A DNA stretch of 64,000 bases, taken from positions 32,001-96,000 of the forward strand of contig JBEPZV010000005.1 in NCBI GenBank assembly GCA_041640655.1. The letters run 5' to 3'. The stretch comes from a bacterium. Its GTDB lineage: Bacteria > Acidobacteriota > Blastocatellia > HR10. A model generated the notes under the pieces. It ran no database searches. It was not told the origin of the DNA and saw only the letters and a program-made list of their open reading frames with translations. Of this stretch, positions 22,786 to 33,145 are shown in pieces; position 1 is the first letter of the stretch, and every line of letters begins with the position of its first letter. A program made the translations under genes and the position numbers.

Positions 22786-23532
22786 ATGGATGCGGTGATC
22801 TTCGGAGGGATGGCAGCGCTCGCCAATATCGTGGGCGGATTCTGGGTGACGTGGCCGCGTCTGAGCGCGCGTCGCTCGCTGCTCTTGTACCCTCTGGCTT
22901 TGGGTGCCGGATTCCTCTTGGCCGCCGTCTTCCTGAAGGTGCTGCCGACCAGCCTGGATTTGGATCTCTGGCGAGGGCATTCCACCCCCCCGCTGATCCT
23001 GGTCTTGGCCGGATACTTGCTCATCCAATTGTTCGAGCACACGGTGGCGCCGCATTTTCATTTCGGAGAGGAGACGCATGTGGAGGCGCTCTCGGGGCGG
23101 CATGTCGTCTGGGCCGCAGTCGGGGGGGTGGCGCTTCACGCATTCTTTGACGGCGTCGCCATCGCCGCCGGATTTCATGTGGAGCATCGGTTGGGCGTGC
23201 TCCTCTTCATCGCCATCCTCTTGCACAAACTGCCGGAGGGGTTCACCGTCGCTTCGATCGTGCTCGCTTCGGGTCGCTCGCGCCGCGCCGCGCGATGGGC
23301 GAGCGCCACTGTGGCGGTGGCCACGCTCGTGGGCGTGCTCCTGGTCGGCGTCGCGCGCGGAGTGATCCCGTATGCCCTGCCCCTCTCGGCCGGCGTGACG
23401 CTCTATGTCGCGGCCTCCGACCTGATCCCGGAGATCAATCGGGAGACGCGCAGCACGTCCTCGCTCGTTGTCTTCCTCGGCGTCGCGCTCTATTATATGA
23501 CCGAGAAGATGCTCGAGGCATTCGGCCTATGA
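22786..23532 (+). CDS. ZIP family divalent metal transporter
   Basis: Multiple TMs; HFHFGEETH loop; LHAFFDG; LHKLPEG; YVAASDLIPE. Confidence 0.9.
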   Translation: MDAVIFGGMAALANIVGGFWVTWPRLSARRSLLLYPLALGAGFLLAAVFLKVLPTSLDLDLWRGHSTPPLILVLAGYLLIQLFEHTVAPHFHFGEETHVEALSGRHVVWAAVGGVALHAFFDGVAIAAGFHVEHRLGVLLFIAILLHKLPEGFTVASIVLASGRSRRAARWASATVAVATLVGVLLVGVARGVIPYALPLSAGVTLYVAASDLIPEINRETRSTSSLVVFLGVALYYMTEKMLEAFGL

Positions 23533-25388
23533 CGCTCGCGGAGAAGATCCGGCGGCTTCCCGAGGCGCCTGGGTGTTATCTCTATCGCGACAGCAGCGGA
23601 GCGATCATCTACATCGGGAAGGCCAAGAATCTGCGCCATCGCGTGCGCCAGTATTTTCATGCCTCGCGCTGGCGGGATGTGAAGACCTCGGAGCTGGTGG
23701 CTCAGATCGCGGACCTCGAATACATCGTCACCGACACGGAGGTGGAAGCGCTCATTCTGGAGAGCCATCTCATCAAGCAGCACCAGCCGCGATTCAACGC
23801 GCTGCTGAAGGACGACAAGCACTATCCGCACCTGAAGCTGACCATCAACGAACCGTTCCCCCGCGTGCTGAAGGTGCGGAAGATCGAGCGCGATGGAGCG
23901 CTCTACTTCGGCCCCTACTTGCCCGCTTCGCTCGCCGATCAGCTGCTTGATCTCATTCAACGGGAGTTTCGGCTGCGCCCCTGTTCGGACGAAGTCTTCC
24001 ACACCTATCGGCGGAAGGGGCGGCCATGCTTGCAATATCAGATCAAGCGCTGTTTGGGTCCGTGCGTGGAAGGGCTCTTCGGTCGCGAGCAGTATTGGGA
24101 AGCCGTGCGCGATGTGCGCATGTTCCTGGAGGGGAAGAATCGGGATCTCGCGCGGAGCTTGCGCGAGCGCATGGAGCGAGCCGCCGAGGACTTGCGGTTC
24201 GAGGCGGCCGCCCGGTATCGCGATCTCCTGCGCGTTGTGGAGCGGCTCAGTGAGGAGCAGAAGATGGCGCTCACGACCGAGGTGGACGCGGACATCTTCG
24301 GTCTGCACACGGATGGACGGCGCCTGGCCCTCTGCCTCTTCACCATGCGCGCGGGGAAGATCATCGGCAAGCGCGATTTCTATTGGGAGGAGTTGCCGCC
24401 CGGGGATCTCGAGGGCTTCCTGGCGCAGGTGCTCGTGCAGTATTACGCCGCGGGTGAGTACGTCCCGGCGGAGATCGTTCTGCCCATCCCCATCGAGGAT
24501 CGCCCCTTGATCGAGAACTGGTTGAGCCAGAAGAAGGGGCGGCGCGTGCGCGTGTATGAGCCGAAGCGAGGAACGAGGCGGGAGCTGGTCGCGCTCGCCG
24601 CGCAGAATGCGAAGCTCGCCTTCGAGGAGCGCTTCCGCGTGCTCCGCCCGGAGACGTCGCGCGTCCTGGAGGAAGTGGCGCGCGCCCTGGATCTGCCGCG
24701 GCTGCCGGAGCGGATCGAAGCGTTCGATGTTTCGCATCTGCAGGGGACGGAGATGGTCGCCTCGCTCGTGGTCTGCGAGAGCGGGACGATGCGCAAGAGC
24801 GAGTATCGCCAGTACATCGTGAGGACGGCGCGCGAGGGGGATGACTATGCAGCGCTACGCGAGGTCGTCCATCGGCGATATGCGCGCCTGCTTCGCGAGG
24901 CGCGCCCGCTTCCTGACCTTGTGCTCATTGATGGAGGGAAAGGACAACTGCGCGCCGCGGTGGAAGCGCTTGAGGCGTTGAACCTGGGGGAGCTGCCGGT
25001 CGCGGCGATCGCCAAGCGGGAAGAGGTCCTCTACGTCAAGGGACGGACGGATCCGCTCGTCCTCGATCGTCATTCGCCCGCGCTACACCTGATCCAGATG
25101 ATTCGCGATGAGGCGCATCGGTTCGCCGTGACCTTCCATCGGCGACGTCGGCGGCAGCGCGATTTCGCTTCGGAATTGCTGGCGATCCCCGGGATCGGGG
25201 AGAAGCGGAAGGAACTTCTGCTGCGGAATTTCGGGAGCGTGTCGCGCATTCGGCGGGCGACGATCCAGGAGCTGCGCCCCTTCGTGGGGGAACAGCTCGC
25301 GCGTCGCATCGTCGAGCATTTTGCCGCGTCCGAGCAGTCTTCTGAGGAGGAGGCGGGAGTTCTGGAGATCGGACCACCGAGTGGATGA
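23529..25388 (+). CDS. uvrC: Excinuclease ABC subunit C
   Basis: PEAPGCY...IYIGKAKNL GIY-YIG domain; Cys cluster; UVR domain; RIEAFDVSH; IDGGKGQ; RDEAHRFA; HhH GIGEK. Confidence 0.97.
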   Translation: MTLAEKIRRLPEAPGCYLYRDSSGAIIYIGKAKNLRHRVRQYFHASRWRDVKTSELVAQIADLEYIVTDTEVEALILESHLIKQHQPRFNALLKDDKHYPHLKLTINEPFPRVLKVRKIERDGALYFGPYLPASLADQLLDLIQREFRLRPCSDEVFHTYRRKGRPCLQYQIKRCLGPCVEGLFGREQYWEAVRDVRMFLEGKNRDLARSLRERMERAAEDLRFEAAARYRDLLRVVERLSEEQKMALTTEVDADIFGLHTDGRRLALCLFTMRAGKIIGKRDFYWEELPPGDLEGFLAQVLVQYYAAGEYVPAEIVLPIPIEDRPLIENWLSQKKGRRVRVYEPKRGTRRELVALAAQNAKLAFEERFRVLRPETSRVLEEVARALDLPRLPERIEAFDVSHLQGTEMVASLVVCESGTMRKSEYRQYIVRTAREGDDYAALREVVHRRYARLLREARPLPDLVLIDGGKGQLRAAVEALEALNLGELPVAAIAKREEVLYVKGRTDPLVLDRHSPALHLIQMIRDEAHRFAVTFHRRRRRQRDFASELLAIPGIGEKRKELLLRNFGSVSRIRRATIQELRPFVGEQLARRIVEHFAASEQSSEEEAGVLEIGPPSG

Positions 25389-25399
25389 GGCTCCTCGCG

Positions 25400-26239
25400 T
25401 CAGCTCGATGTCCGCGTCCCCGATGAGGGCCACAGGGGCTCCGGGGACCATGACTGCACGCCGAAGATGTCCCGATACGCGACGGCCATAGCGCAGATGA
25501 CCCACGGCGCCGTGATGAACACGCCGACGAGGCATCCGAGCAAGCCTGCCGTCAGCAGCAGCATGAGGACGACGCCCAAGACCCAGAACATCACCCATTG
25601 GCGCGAGACGACGACCCTCCAAGCTTCGTTCAACGCCGAGGCGATATCCATTTTGCGGTCCAGGATCAAGGGGTAGACGAAGGCGAAGAGGGCGAAGGCC
25701 AGGGGGGAGAACGCGAGCGAGATGAGCCCCATCAGGGGGGCGCGCTCCGTGAGCCCTCCGAGCGAGGAGTGGATGAAGACCTCGATGAGCCAGGCCAGAA
25801 AGGCGAGCCCGAACTGCTCGAACCCTTTGAAGAGGTCGCCGAGTTGAATCTTCTCACCCCGCATGGCCTGAAAGGCCATGAAATAGAGGCCCAGCAGGAA
25901 GGGGCCTGTCGTGATGGTGAGCGTCACCAGGGAGAGGAAGGCAGCGACGAGCGCAGCCAGGGCGAACGTCGGCCACTGCCGCGCGAAGATCGCCCATCCC
26001 TCCGAGAGCCATCGCCCCACATCCACGCGAACTTCCGATGGCGGAGGCGAGCCGGAGGGGATCGCGGGGGGGACATAGGCCGGTCCAGTCGGTCGCGGCT
26101 CCAGGGGGGAAGTGGGTGGAGCTTCCAGGACTCGCGTGGGGATGTCCTCGGAGGGGGATTCCGACAGGCGCGCTCCGCACCGACGGCAGAAGCGCGCCTC
26201 TGCCGGTGATTCCGCCCCGCACCGTGGACAGATGACCAT
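25400..26239 (-). CDS. Zinc-ribbon domain membrane protein
   Basis: CPRCG...FCRRCG double zinc ribbon, Pro-rich linker, then several TM helices. Confidence 0.75.
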   Translation of the reverse strand: MVICPRCGAESPAEARFCRRCGARLSESPSEDIPTRVLEAPPTSPLEPRPTGPAYVPPAIPSGSPPPSEVRVDVGRWLSEGWAIFARQWPTFALAALVAAFLSLVTLTITTGPFLLGLYFMAFQAMRGEKIQLGDLFKGFEQFGLAFLAWLIEVFIHSSLGGLTERAPLMGLISLAFSPLAFALFAFVYPLILDRKMDIASALNEAWRVVVSRQWVMFWVLGVVLMLLLTAGLLGCLVGVFITAPWVICAMAVAYRDIFGVQSWSPEPLWPSSGTRTSS

Positions 26240-26333
26240 CCTCACTCTCGCTCTCGGCGCGCGAGAGGGCGCGGCATCACCTCGGCGGCCGCTGAGGGAG
26301 AAGCATCCGTTCGTCCCCTCTCGCTCACGGGCG

Positions 26334-26498
26334 TCAGCTCTTCTTCGAAGTCACGGCATAGAAGGCCGCCGGTTGTTGTTCGACCTTTCGGCTTCCGCAC
26401 TTGGGGCACTTCACCTTCTTCTTCTCATACTCGGCGATGCTCATCGTCACCGTGAACTTTCGATTGCATTGCGTGCAGCGGTACTCGTACACCGGCAT
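26334..26498 (-). CDS. FmdB family zinc-ribbon protein (54 aa, not in the ORF track)
   Basis: MPVYEYRCTQCNRKF...VKCPKCGSRKVEQQPAAF; GAGGAGGTG RBS. Confidence 0.88.
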   Translation of the reverse strand: MPVYEYRCTQCNRKFTVTMSIAEYEKKKVKCPKCGSRKVEQQPAAFYAVTSKKS

Positions 26499-26735
26499 AG
26501 CGTCACCTCCTCATGTTCGGTTTGATGTCCCCATCCGGCGTTCTCGCGGCCGCTTCGCCTTCGGCTCCGATCCGGAGTGAAGTCAAGCGGCCATTACCAT
26601 CATAGCACATTCGGGCATTCAGTAAAGGAGGCGACGCCTGCAGAAGCGGAAGCCCCGCAGCGATGGGGACGTTCGCCACGGGGGTTTGGATTCGCAGAGG
26701 GTTTCACTATAATACGCTTGGCGAGACGCTCAGCT

Positions 26736-27602
26736 ATGGAGATCATCAAAAGCGCCGCGCGCATGCAAGCCGTCGCTCGGAAGTGCCGGGCTGAGGGACG
26801 GACGATCGGCCTGATTCCGACGGCTGGGCATTTGCATGAGGGGCATTTGAGCCTCATTCGTCGCGCGCACGAGTTGGCGGAGGTCATTGTCGTCTCGATC
26901 GCTCCTCCATCGCTAGGGGGTGAAGAGAGGCCTGGGGAGGAGCGCAAGGAGGGGGGGGAGAAACGCGTGCGGTATCTCTCGGATGACGTCGAGGTGCTCT
27001 CCCCCTTGGGCGTGCATTATGTCTTCGCTCCGGAGCGTGCGGAGCTGTTCGGCGAGGAGACGCGCACGGAGGTGGTCGTCCGGGGGTTGAGCGAACGCTT
27101 CTACGGGGCGACCCATCCGGAGCATTACGTCCGGCTGGCGACCTATTTGATGATCCTCTTCAACGTCGTTCATCCGCACTTCGTCATCTTCGGGTGGAAG
27201 GATGCGCAGCAAGTCGCGATCGTGCGCCGGATGGTCCGAGACCTCCATGTGGATGTCGAGATCGTCGTCTGCCCGATCGTGCGCGAGGCCGATGGACTGG
27301 CGGTCGCGCCCGAGAACGCTCGGCTCACCGAGCGCGAGCGGCAGATGGCGCGCGTGCTCCCCCAAGCGCTGGAGAAAGCTCAGGTGCTCGTGGCCGCCGG
27401 AGAGCGAAACACGGCGAACATCCTCCGCGCGATGCGCGAGATGATCGAAGCGCATTCCGCGATCCGCATCGAGTATCTCGCCATTGTGGATAGCGAGACG
27501 CTGGAGCCGATCGCCCTTCTGGAGGAACGCCCCGCCCTGGTGATGCTGGCGGCACTGATCGGGAAGGTGCGGCTGAGCGATAACGTCCTCTTGAACATTT
27601 GA
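26736..27602 (+). CDS. Pantoate-beta-alanine ligase homolog with degenerate motifs
   Basis: PanC layout (HLHEGH, FGWKDAQQ, IVREADGLA, VRLSDN) but several conserved residues are altered; TATAAT at 26708-26713. Confidence 0.75.
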   Translation: MEIIKSAARMQAVARKCRAEGRTIGLIPTAGHLHEGHLSLIRRAHELAEVIVVSIAPPSLGGEERPGEERKEGGEKRVRYLSDDVEVLSPLGVHYVFAPERAELFGEETRTEVVVRGLSERFYGATHPEHYVRLATYLMILFNVVHPHFVIFGWKDAQQVAIVRRMVRDLHVDVEIVVCPIVREADGLAVAPENARLTERERQMARVLPQALEKAQVLVAAGERNTANILRAMREMIEAHSAIRIEYLAIVDSETLEPIALLEERPALVMLAALIGKVRLSDNVLLNI

Positions 27603-27751
27603 GAGCCGTCTTGCTATCGTCGGCATCGGGCAATAAAGTTATAGAGGCGTTCGGAAGTGACCTCGAAGCGATCGCGCGTCAGACGTGCACGCGCGTTCGA
27701 TTTCTCCTCGCCGTCCACCGGGAGGCGAGGGAGGCGGAGGAGGGAGGGCGT

Positions 27752-27979
27752 ATGAGGAGAAAGGCGATCATGGACGCCGCTTTGTGGATCGTCACCGCGG
27801 TGTGCTTGATCCTCTCGATGGTGTACTTCTTCAAATGGAAGGCTGCGCCGAACCCCACCGATGAGGGGCATGTGAGCCAGTGGGTGTGGATCACGTTGGT
27901 CATCATCGCCATGGTGTGCATCCTCATCTGGTTCTTCACCCGAGGTAAAGAGGAGGAGATCAGCATCACGCGAGGGTGA
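27752..27979 (+). CDS. Small two-TM membrane protein of unknown function
   Basis: GGAGG RBS; 75 aa with two hydrophobic helices and an EEEISIT tail. Confidence 0.7.
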   Translation: MRRKAIMDAALWIVTAVCLILSMVYFFKWKAAPNPTDEGHVSQWVWITLVIIAMVCILIWFFTRGKEEEISITRG

Positions 27980-28223
27980 GCCGTCGTCTCTGAAGAGCGT
28001 CCTGGGCGATCGCGCAGGAGATCCACAGGGGTCCGCCCTCGGGCCATCGTGGTGGGAGAGGCACAGGGGGGTCACGAAAGCCACGACGTTTCGAGGGGGG
28101 CGCTCTCCAAAGGGTCGGGGTTGCGGCGATCACCGGTCATGGATGGGCAGCGGATCGTTCGCCCAGAGATCAGGGTTCTCCATGCGCGTGAGTTTCGGAG
28201 GTCGTGAGGAAGGAGCATCCGGT

Positions 28224-28508
28224 ATGGGCAATTCATGGGTGAGCGCGGTGCTGTGGGGAGGCTCCATGGGGCTCGCCGTTCAAGCCTCGCGGATCGCGGA
28301 GAAGTTGAACATCTGGGATTTGATCTCGACGGCGACGTATGGGCTCTTGGGGATCGCCCTCTCGGTCGTCGGATATTTGATCTTCGACCTGATCACCCCC
28401 TTCTCCCTGGGGAAGGAATTGGTCGAGGATAAGAACATCGCCGTGGGGATCGTCGTCGCCGGGATCATCATCGGGATCTCGATCATCATCGCGGCCGCCG
28501 TCTCGTGA
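28224..28508 (+). CDS. DUF350 family small membrane protein
   Basis: YGLLGI...YLIFDLITPF.LGKELVEDKNIAVGIV...IIIAAA pattern; AAGGAG RBS. Confidence 0.8.
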   Translation: MGNSWVSAVLWGGSMGLAVQASRIAEKLNIWDLISTATYGLLGIALSVVGYLIFDLITPFSLGKELVEDKNIAVGIVVAGIIIGISIIIAAAVS

Positions 28509-28511
28509 GTC

Positions 28512-29753
28512 ATGGCGCGATTTTGCTCGGAGTGCGGTATCCCGCTTCCCGATCAGGCGTCGTTCTGCCCGAGTTGCGGAGCTTCCGCGCTCGATCAATG
28601 GTTGGCCTCGCGCGAGGTCATTCCGGTGGTAGAACCTCTGCCGGAGACGACGGAACTGGCCCCGGAGCTGCGGAGCGAAGAGGAAGCGCCGCAGGGGCCT
28701 TTGCCAGAAGCAGGGGGGGCGGAACCTGTGCTCGGTGAAGCGGAGGCGGCAGAGGATCAGACCGCTCAAGCCGTGAGGGCGGGACCGACTCCCACGATCG
28801 CGCTCCTCGAGATGATTCGCGCTTTGCGCTTCCTCTTCGACCGTCAGCGGATGCTCTGGTATGGATCGGGCGCGATGTTCGGGTGGATGCTTCTGGCCGT
28901 CTTTCACCTGTTCGCTTATGTGGCGGGCGAAGAGTCGCCGAGATTGGCCCTGGGGTGGCGCCTCAGCGGATGGGGGATCGCTCTTGCGACGCTCGCCGTG
29001 ACGTCGGCGATCCTGGCGGCGTCGTTGATCGCCGATGTCGGGCCACGATGGCAACTCTTCTGGAGACCTCCCTCGCGAATCCTGCAGCGAACGCCCGCGA
29101 TTGTCGGGCCCGTATTTCTCTTTCTCGGGATCGCCGGGGCGAGCATCCTGATCCTCGTGGCCCTCGGAATGCTCGCACGTCATGGCGCGGTCGGGCGCGT
29201 CCTGTGGGCGCTTCTCTTGATCCCACAGTTCCTCGCCGCGCTCGTGGTCGTGCTGGCGGGGATCGGACTTCTTGCGGCGCTCGTCTATGGACCGGCTTTG
29301 GCGGTAACCGATGGGGGGACGTTCTCGCAAACGCTCTATCGGCTCGCTCTCCTCTTCACCCGCGAGGGCGCACGCGCCCTGGGTTATCTCCTCTTCGGAT
29401 TCGGTGGAAGCAGTGTGCTATGGGTCCTGAGTGAGGGAGGAATGGGACTGATGATCTCCGGGATCGAGCGGATCGCCGTGTGGGCGAGTCAGGGGCAGGT
29501 CGCGCCAATTCTGGTCGTCGGGAGAGAACTTGTCTCGGCGTGCGTGCCTGGAAGCTCCTGGTTTCTTATCGGTGCATCCGTTCCGGTCCCCTCGGTGCTC
29601 GATCCCGATGTTCATCTGGCGGGCTTCCTTTGGGCGATTTCAGTCATCGTCCTCACCGGAGTGGGAGCGGCGATCCCGCTCTTTCTCCTGAGCGGCTTTG
29701 GGGCGGTGGTGGCGTGGGCGCTGCTTGGACGCTTGGCCCGAGCACCTGAATAG
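28512..29753 (+). CDS. Zinc-ribbon domain multi-pass membrane protein
   Basis: FCSECG...FCPSCG, acidic linker, multiple TMs. Confidence 0.7.
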   Translation: MARFCSECGIPLPDQASFCPSCGASALDQWLASREVIPVVEPLPETTELAPELRSEEEAPQGPLPEAGGAEPVLGEAEAAEDQTAQAVRAGPTPTIALLEMIRALRFLFDRQRMLWYGSGAMFGWMLLAVFHLFAYVAGEESPRLALGWRLSGWGIALATLAVTSAILAASLIADVGPRWQLFWRPPSRILQRTPAIVGPVFLFLGIAGASILILVALGMLARHGAVGRVLWALLLIPQFLAALVVVLAGIGLLAALVYGPALAVTDGGTFSQTLYRLALLFTREGARALGYLLFGFGGSSVLWVLSEGGMGLMISGIERIAVWASQGQVAPILVVGRELVSACVPGSSWFLIGASVPVPSVLDPDVHLAGFLWAISVIVLTGVGAAIPLFLLSGFGAVVAWALLGRLARAPE

Positions 29754-29839
29754 AAACGGCGCACATCGCCGCCGCTCACCCGAGCGGAGATGGCCAGAAA
29801 GAGGCGCTCCCGACTGAGCGAACGCCGAGCCGGCCAGCA

Positions 29840-30934
29840 TCAGGGATTTCGCCGCCTCAGCGTGGGCTTCTCCGGCGAAGGTGGAGGGTTTTCGGAAGAC
29901 TCCGTCTTCGTCTTCTCCTCCCCCGAAGATTCCGCCGGCGGTTGGTCTTGTCCCTGTGGGCGACGCTTCAACGTGGGTCGGCCGCGTTCCTCCGGAGCGC
30001 TTGCGGGCGCTCGCTTCTCGTCCAATCGCCGATGTAAGCCCTGGAGTCGGATGAGTCGCTCCTTGACCTTGTTGAACTCGGACGTGGTGATGATGTACTC
30101 CTCTCGCTCAGGGAAGCGCGCGATCAGGTCCTTCACGACTTCGATGCGATCGGGCGTGGGCGGATGCGACATGAAGAGTTTCGAGATGCCCCCGGGACGC
30201 GTCTTCTGCATCGCGTTGATCTTCTCGAAGAAGGTCAACAGTCCGTTCGGGTCGTACCCGGCTGCCCAAAGATACTGCGCGCCCAGAATGTCGGCTTCCT
30301 TCTCCGCTCCACGGCTGAACTTGAAGAACGCCGCATAGATGCCCAGATCCGATCCCATCAGGATGAGCTGACCAAGGCCGTAGTACCCCCCGCCGGTGAA
30401 AATGATCAGCGGAATCTGGAGGAAACTCAGCAGCTGTGTCTTCGTGAAGTTCTCCAGGGCGTGCCGCGCCGCGACGTGCGCGATCTCATGCGCCATCACG
30501 CCGGCCAGCTCCGATTCATTCTCGGCGGCCGCGATCAGACCCGTGTTCACGTAGAAGAACCCGCCGGGCAGCGCGAACGCGTTCACCTCGTCCGAGACGA
30601 TGACTTTGATCGTGAAGGGGACCTTCGCATCCGAATGAAGGACGAGATTCTGGCCGACGCGATTGATGTACTCGCTGATGATCGGATCATCCAGAATCTG
30701 CATGTAGCGGTCAACTTCGGCAGCCAGTTGTCGCCCCAACTGCACCTCGCGCTCGAGGCTGTAGAAGTTCCATTGTCGCTTGTTGATATCGCGTTTGCCG
30801 ATGAGGCGCGGATCCTCCTTCGGGCTGAGCGGTTTGGTCGTCTTCTGGGAGGATTGGCTCCACGCCGAGGGGCCGACGAGCAGTCCCAGGGCGAGCGCTG
30901 CGATGATGGCCTTTTTCCACCACCTGATGTTCAT
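29840..30934 (-). CDS. M48 family zinc metalloprotease (BepA/YfgC-like)
   Basis: Signal peptide; NAFALPGG; AHEIAH; FSRGAEKEAD; SHPPTPDR. Confidence 0.92.
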   Translation of the reverse strand: MNIRWWKKAIIAALALGLLVGPSAWSQSSQKTTKPLSPKEDPRLIGKRDINKRQWNFYSLEREVQLGRQLAAEVDRYMQILDDPIISEYINRVGQNLVLHSDAKVPFTIKVIVSDEVNAFALPGGFFYVNTGLIAAAENESELAGVMAHEIAHVAARHALENFTKTQLLSFLQIPLIIFTGGGYYGLGQLILMGSDLGIYAAFFKFSRGAEKEADILGAQYLWAAGYDPNGLLTFFEKINAMQKTRPGGISKLFMSHPPTPDRIEVVKDLIARFPEREEYIITTSEFNKVKERLIRLQGLHRRLDEKRAPASAPEERGRPTLKRRPQGQDQPPAESSGEEKTKTESSENPPPSPEKPTLRRRNP

Positions 30935-31073
30935 ACTCGCGCTCCTTTTTCGGATCCTGCCGAAGGAGAATTATACACCCGGTGGGGAGCGCGCGGTATC
31001 TCCAGAGTGATTAATTTTTCTTCATCTGCGCGAGACGGCTCGGGACCGGTTTCGGTCTCGTGGGCAGGGGGGA

Positions 31074-31079
31074 TATAAT
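31074..31079 (+). promoter_or_regulatory. -10 element of the rnpB promoter
   Basis: Perfect TATAAT about 10 nt upstream of the RNase P RNA 5' stem. Confidence 0.6.
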
Positions 31080-31090
31080 GTTCTCGGGTT

Positions 31091-31527
<437 letters not shown>

Positions 31528-31582
31528 AACCGTGCCGCTGTCCTTCGGGGATTCACCCAAAGCTCCGGCAGCCTTGCGGCCA

Positions 31583-33091
31583 TCACGTGGACGGTGCGGG
31601 AGAGAAGCCTTTTCGGCGAACCTTCTCCCACGCCGGCTCTCGGCCGCGCAGCAGATCCCACAGAACGCCCACTTGCCACAGGGCGAGCAGTTGGCGATAT
31701 CCGAGATGCGAGAGAATGGTGAACAGCAGCAGCTTCAGCGTGTCCTTCGTGCTATAGGTGAAGAGCGAATGGTACCCCGAACGATACGCGGCCTCCGACC
31801 AGATGCCGAAGAGGATCGCCGACGTGGAGACGAAAATTCCGTAGAGAATCGCCGAGAGGAAGAAGAGGATCGCGTATTCGACGCTCAGGAGGCCCAAGGG
31901 GATGCAGATGAGAAGGATCACATAGCCGCCGAGTTCGATCACGGGGCCGAGGATCTCGAAGAGCAATTGATAGGGCATGGCCAGCCATCCCGTCCGTCCG
32001 TATCGCGGATTGAAGAGCATATCGCGGTGAAGGATGAGGAGATTTTCGATGAGCCCTCGATACCAGCGCTTTCGCTGCCTCCGCAGATCGGCGAGCGTCT
32101 CCGGCACCTCGGTCCATGCGATCGGATAGGGGAGGAAATCCACACGTCCCTCGATCCGCTTGTCATAGATGTAGCGGTAGAGCCGGAGGATGATCTCCAG
32201 ATCTTCGGTGATCGTCCGCGAGGCGCGGCGAGCGTACTCGCGCCCGAGCCGCGTGCGCATGTTCTCGGTGAGGAAGCCGCCGATGCGAATGAGCGCATCC
32301 CGGCGATAGAGGGCGAAGACACCCGAGAGGATGAGCAGCGCATTCCACGCGGCCAGCGCCGTTCGCCCCATGGTGAAGGAGCGGAGGTATTCGACGAACT
32401 GAAGGAGCACGAGAGGGTGTCGAGGCAGTTGCCGCGGGCGCACGCGCCCGGACGCCGTCGTGCGTCCATTCGCGACGCTGATTTGTCCGCCGATGGCGAG
32501 GATCTTCTCCGGAGCCTTCTGCACAGCCGCGATGAGCTGGATGAGTGCTTCCTCATCAATGAGCGAATCCGCGTCCACCGTGCAGACGTACGGCGAGAGC
32601 GCCACATTGATTCCCGCGTTGAGCGCATCGGCTTTGCCCCCACTCTCCTTATCCACGAGGATGAGGCGCTGAACATGAACCGGCCGCTCGCCGGTGGCTT
32701 CGTAAAGGCCTCTTATGGGAGCGGTCTCCAGCGGAGTCTCATAGAGGAGATCCCGCCGCGTGAGACGAAAGGCCTCAATGAGGACGTCCCGTGTGCGATC
32801 CGTCGAACCGTCGTTGATCACGATGATCTCCAGACGCGGATACTGCAGGCGCAAGAGAGCGCGTACGGATTCGACGATCGTCCGCTCCTCATTGTGGGCC
32901 GGCACAAGCAGTGAGATCGGGGGCGTGTAGGGAGAGGCGTGGGCGGACTCCGGATCGAGCGCGAACCGCTCCCGCAGCAGGAGGCGGATGCGCCGGAAGG
33001 CGGTGAGCATGAGGAGGAGATTCACCGTGTTGTAGAGCAGCGTGTAGCCGATGATGAAAAGTTGAGTGGCGATGATGACTTCGATGAGCAT
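31583..33091 (-). CDS. Processive GT2 polysaccharide synthase (PgaC/IcaA/cellulose synthase-like)
   Basis: N-terminal TM; PAHNEE, NDGSTD, GGKADALN, VDADS, ITEDLE and QRKRW (D,D,D,QxxRW); C-terminal TMs. Alternative start at 33142. Confidence 0.9.
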   Translation of the reverse strand: MLIEVIIATQLFIIGYTLLYNTVNLLLMLTAFRRIRLLLRERFALDPESAHASPYTPPISLLVPAHNEERTIVESVRALLRLQYPRLEIIVINDGSTDRTRDVLIEAFRLTRRDLLYETPLETAPIRGLYEATGERPVHVQRLILVDKESGGKADALNAGINVALSPYVCTVDADSLIDEEALIQLIAAVQKAPEKILAIGGQISVANGRTTASGRVRPRQLPRHPLVLLQFVEYLRSFTMGRTALAAWNALLILSGVFALYRRDALIRIGGFLTENMRTRLGREYARRASRTITEDLEIILRLYRYIYDKRIEGRVDFLPYPIAWTEVPETLADLRRQRKRWYRGLIENLLILHRDMLFNPRYGRTGWLAMPYQLLFEILGPVIELGGYVILLICIPLGLLSVEYAILFFLSAILYGIFVSTSAILFGIWSEAAYRSGYHSLFTYSTKDTLKLLLFTILSHLGYRQLLALWQVGVLWDLLRGREPAWEKVRRKGFSPAPST

Positions 33092-33145
33092 GAGTCGCTC
33101 CCATCTCCTCCGCCCCACCCTCCCGCGGGCAGGGCGGATCATGCG

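Noticed and set aside
28040..28130. Possible c-di-GMP-I riboswitch upstream of DUF350 (GCACAGGG…CGAAAG…GACG)
   Set aside because: It lacks the GGCAAACC and GCAAAGCC core elements, so the resemblance is only partial. A cmscan search would be needed.
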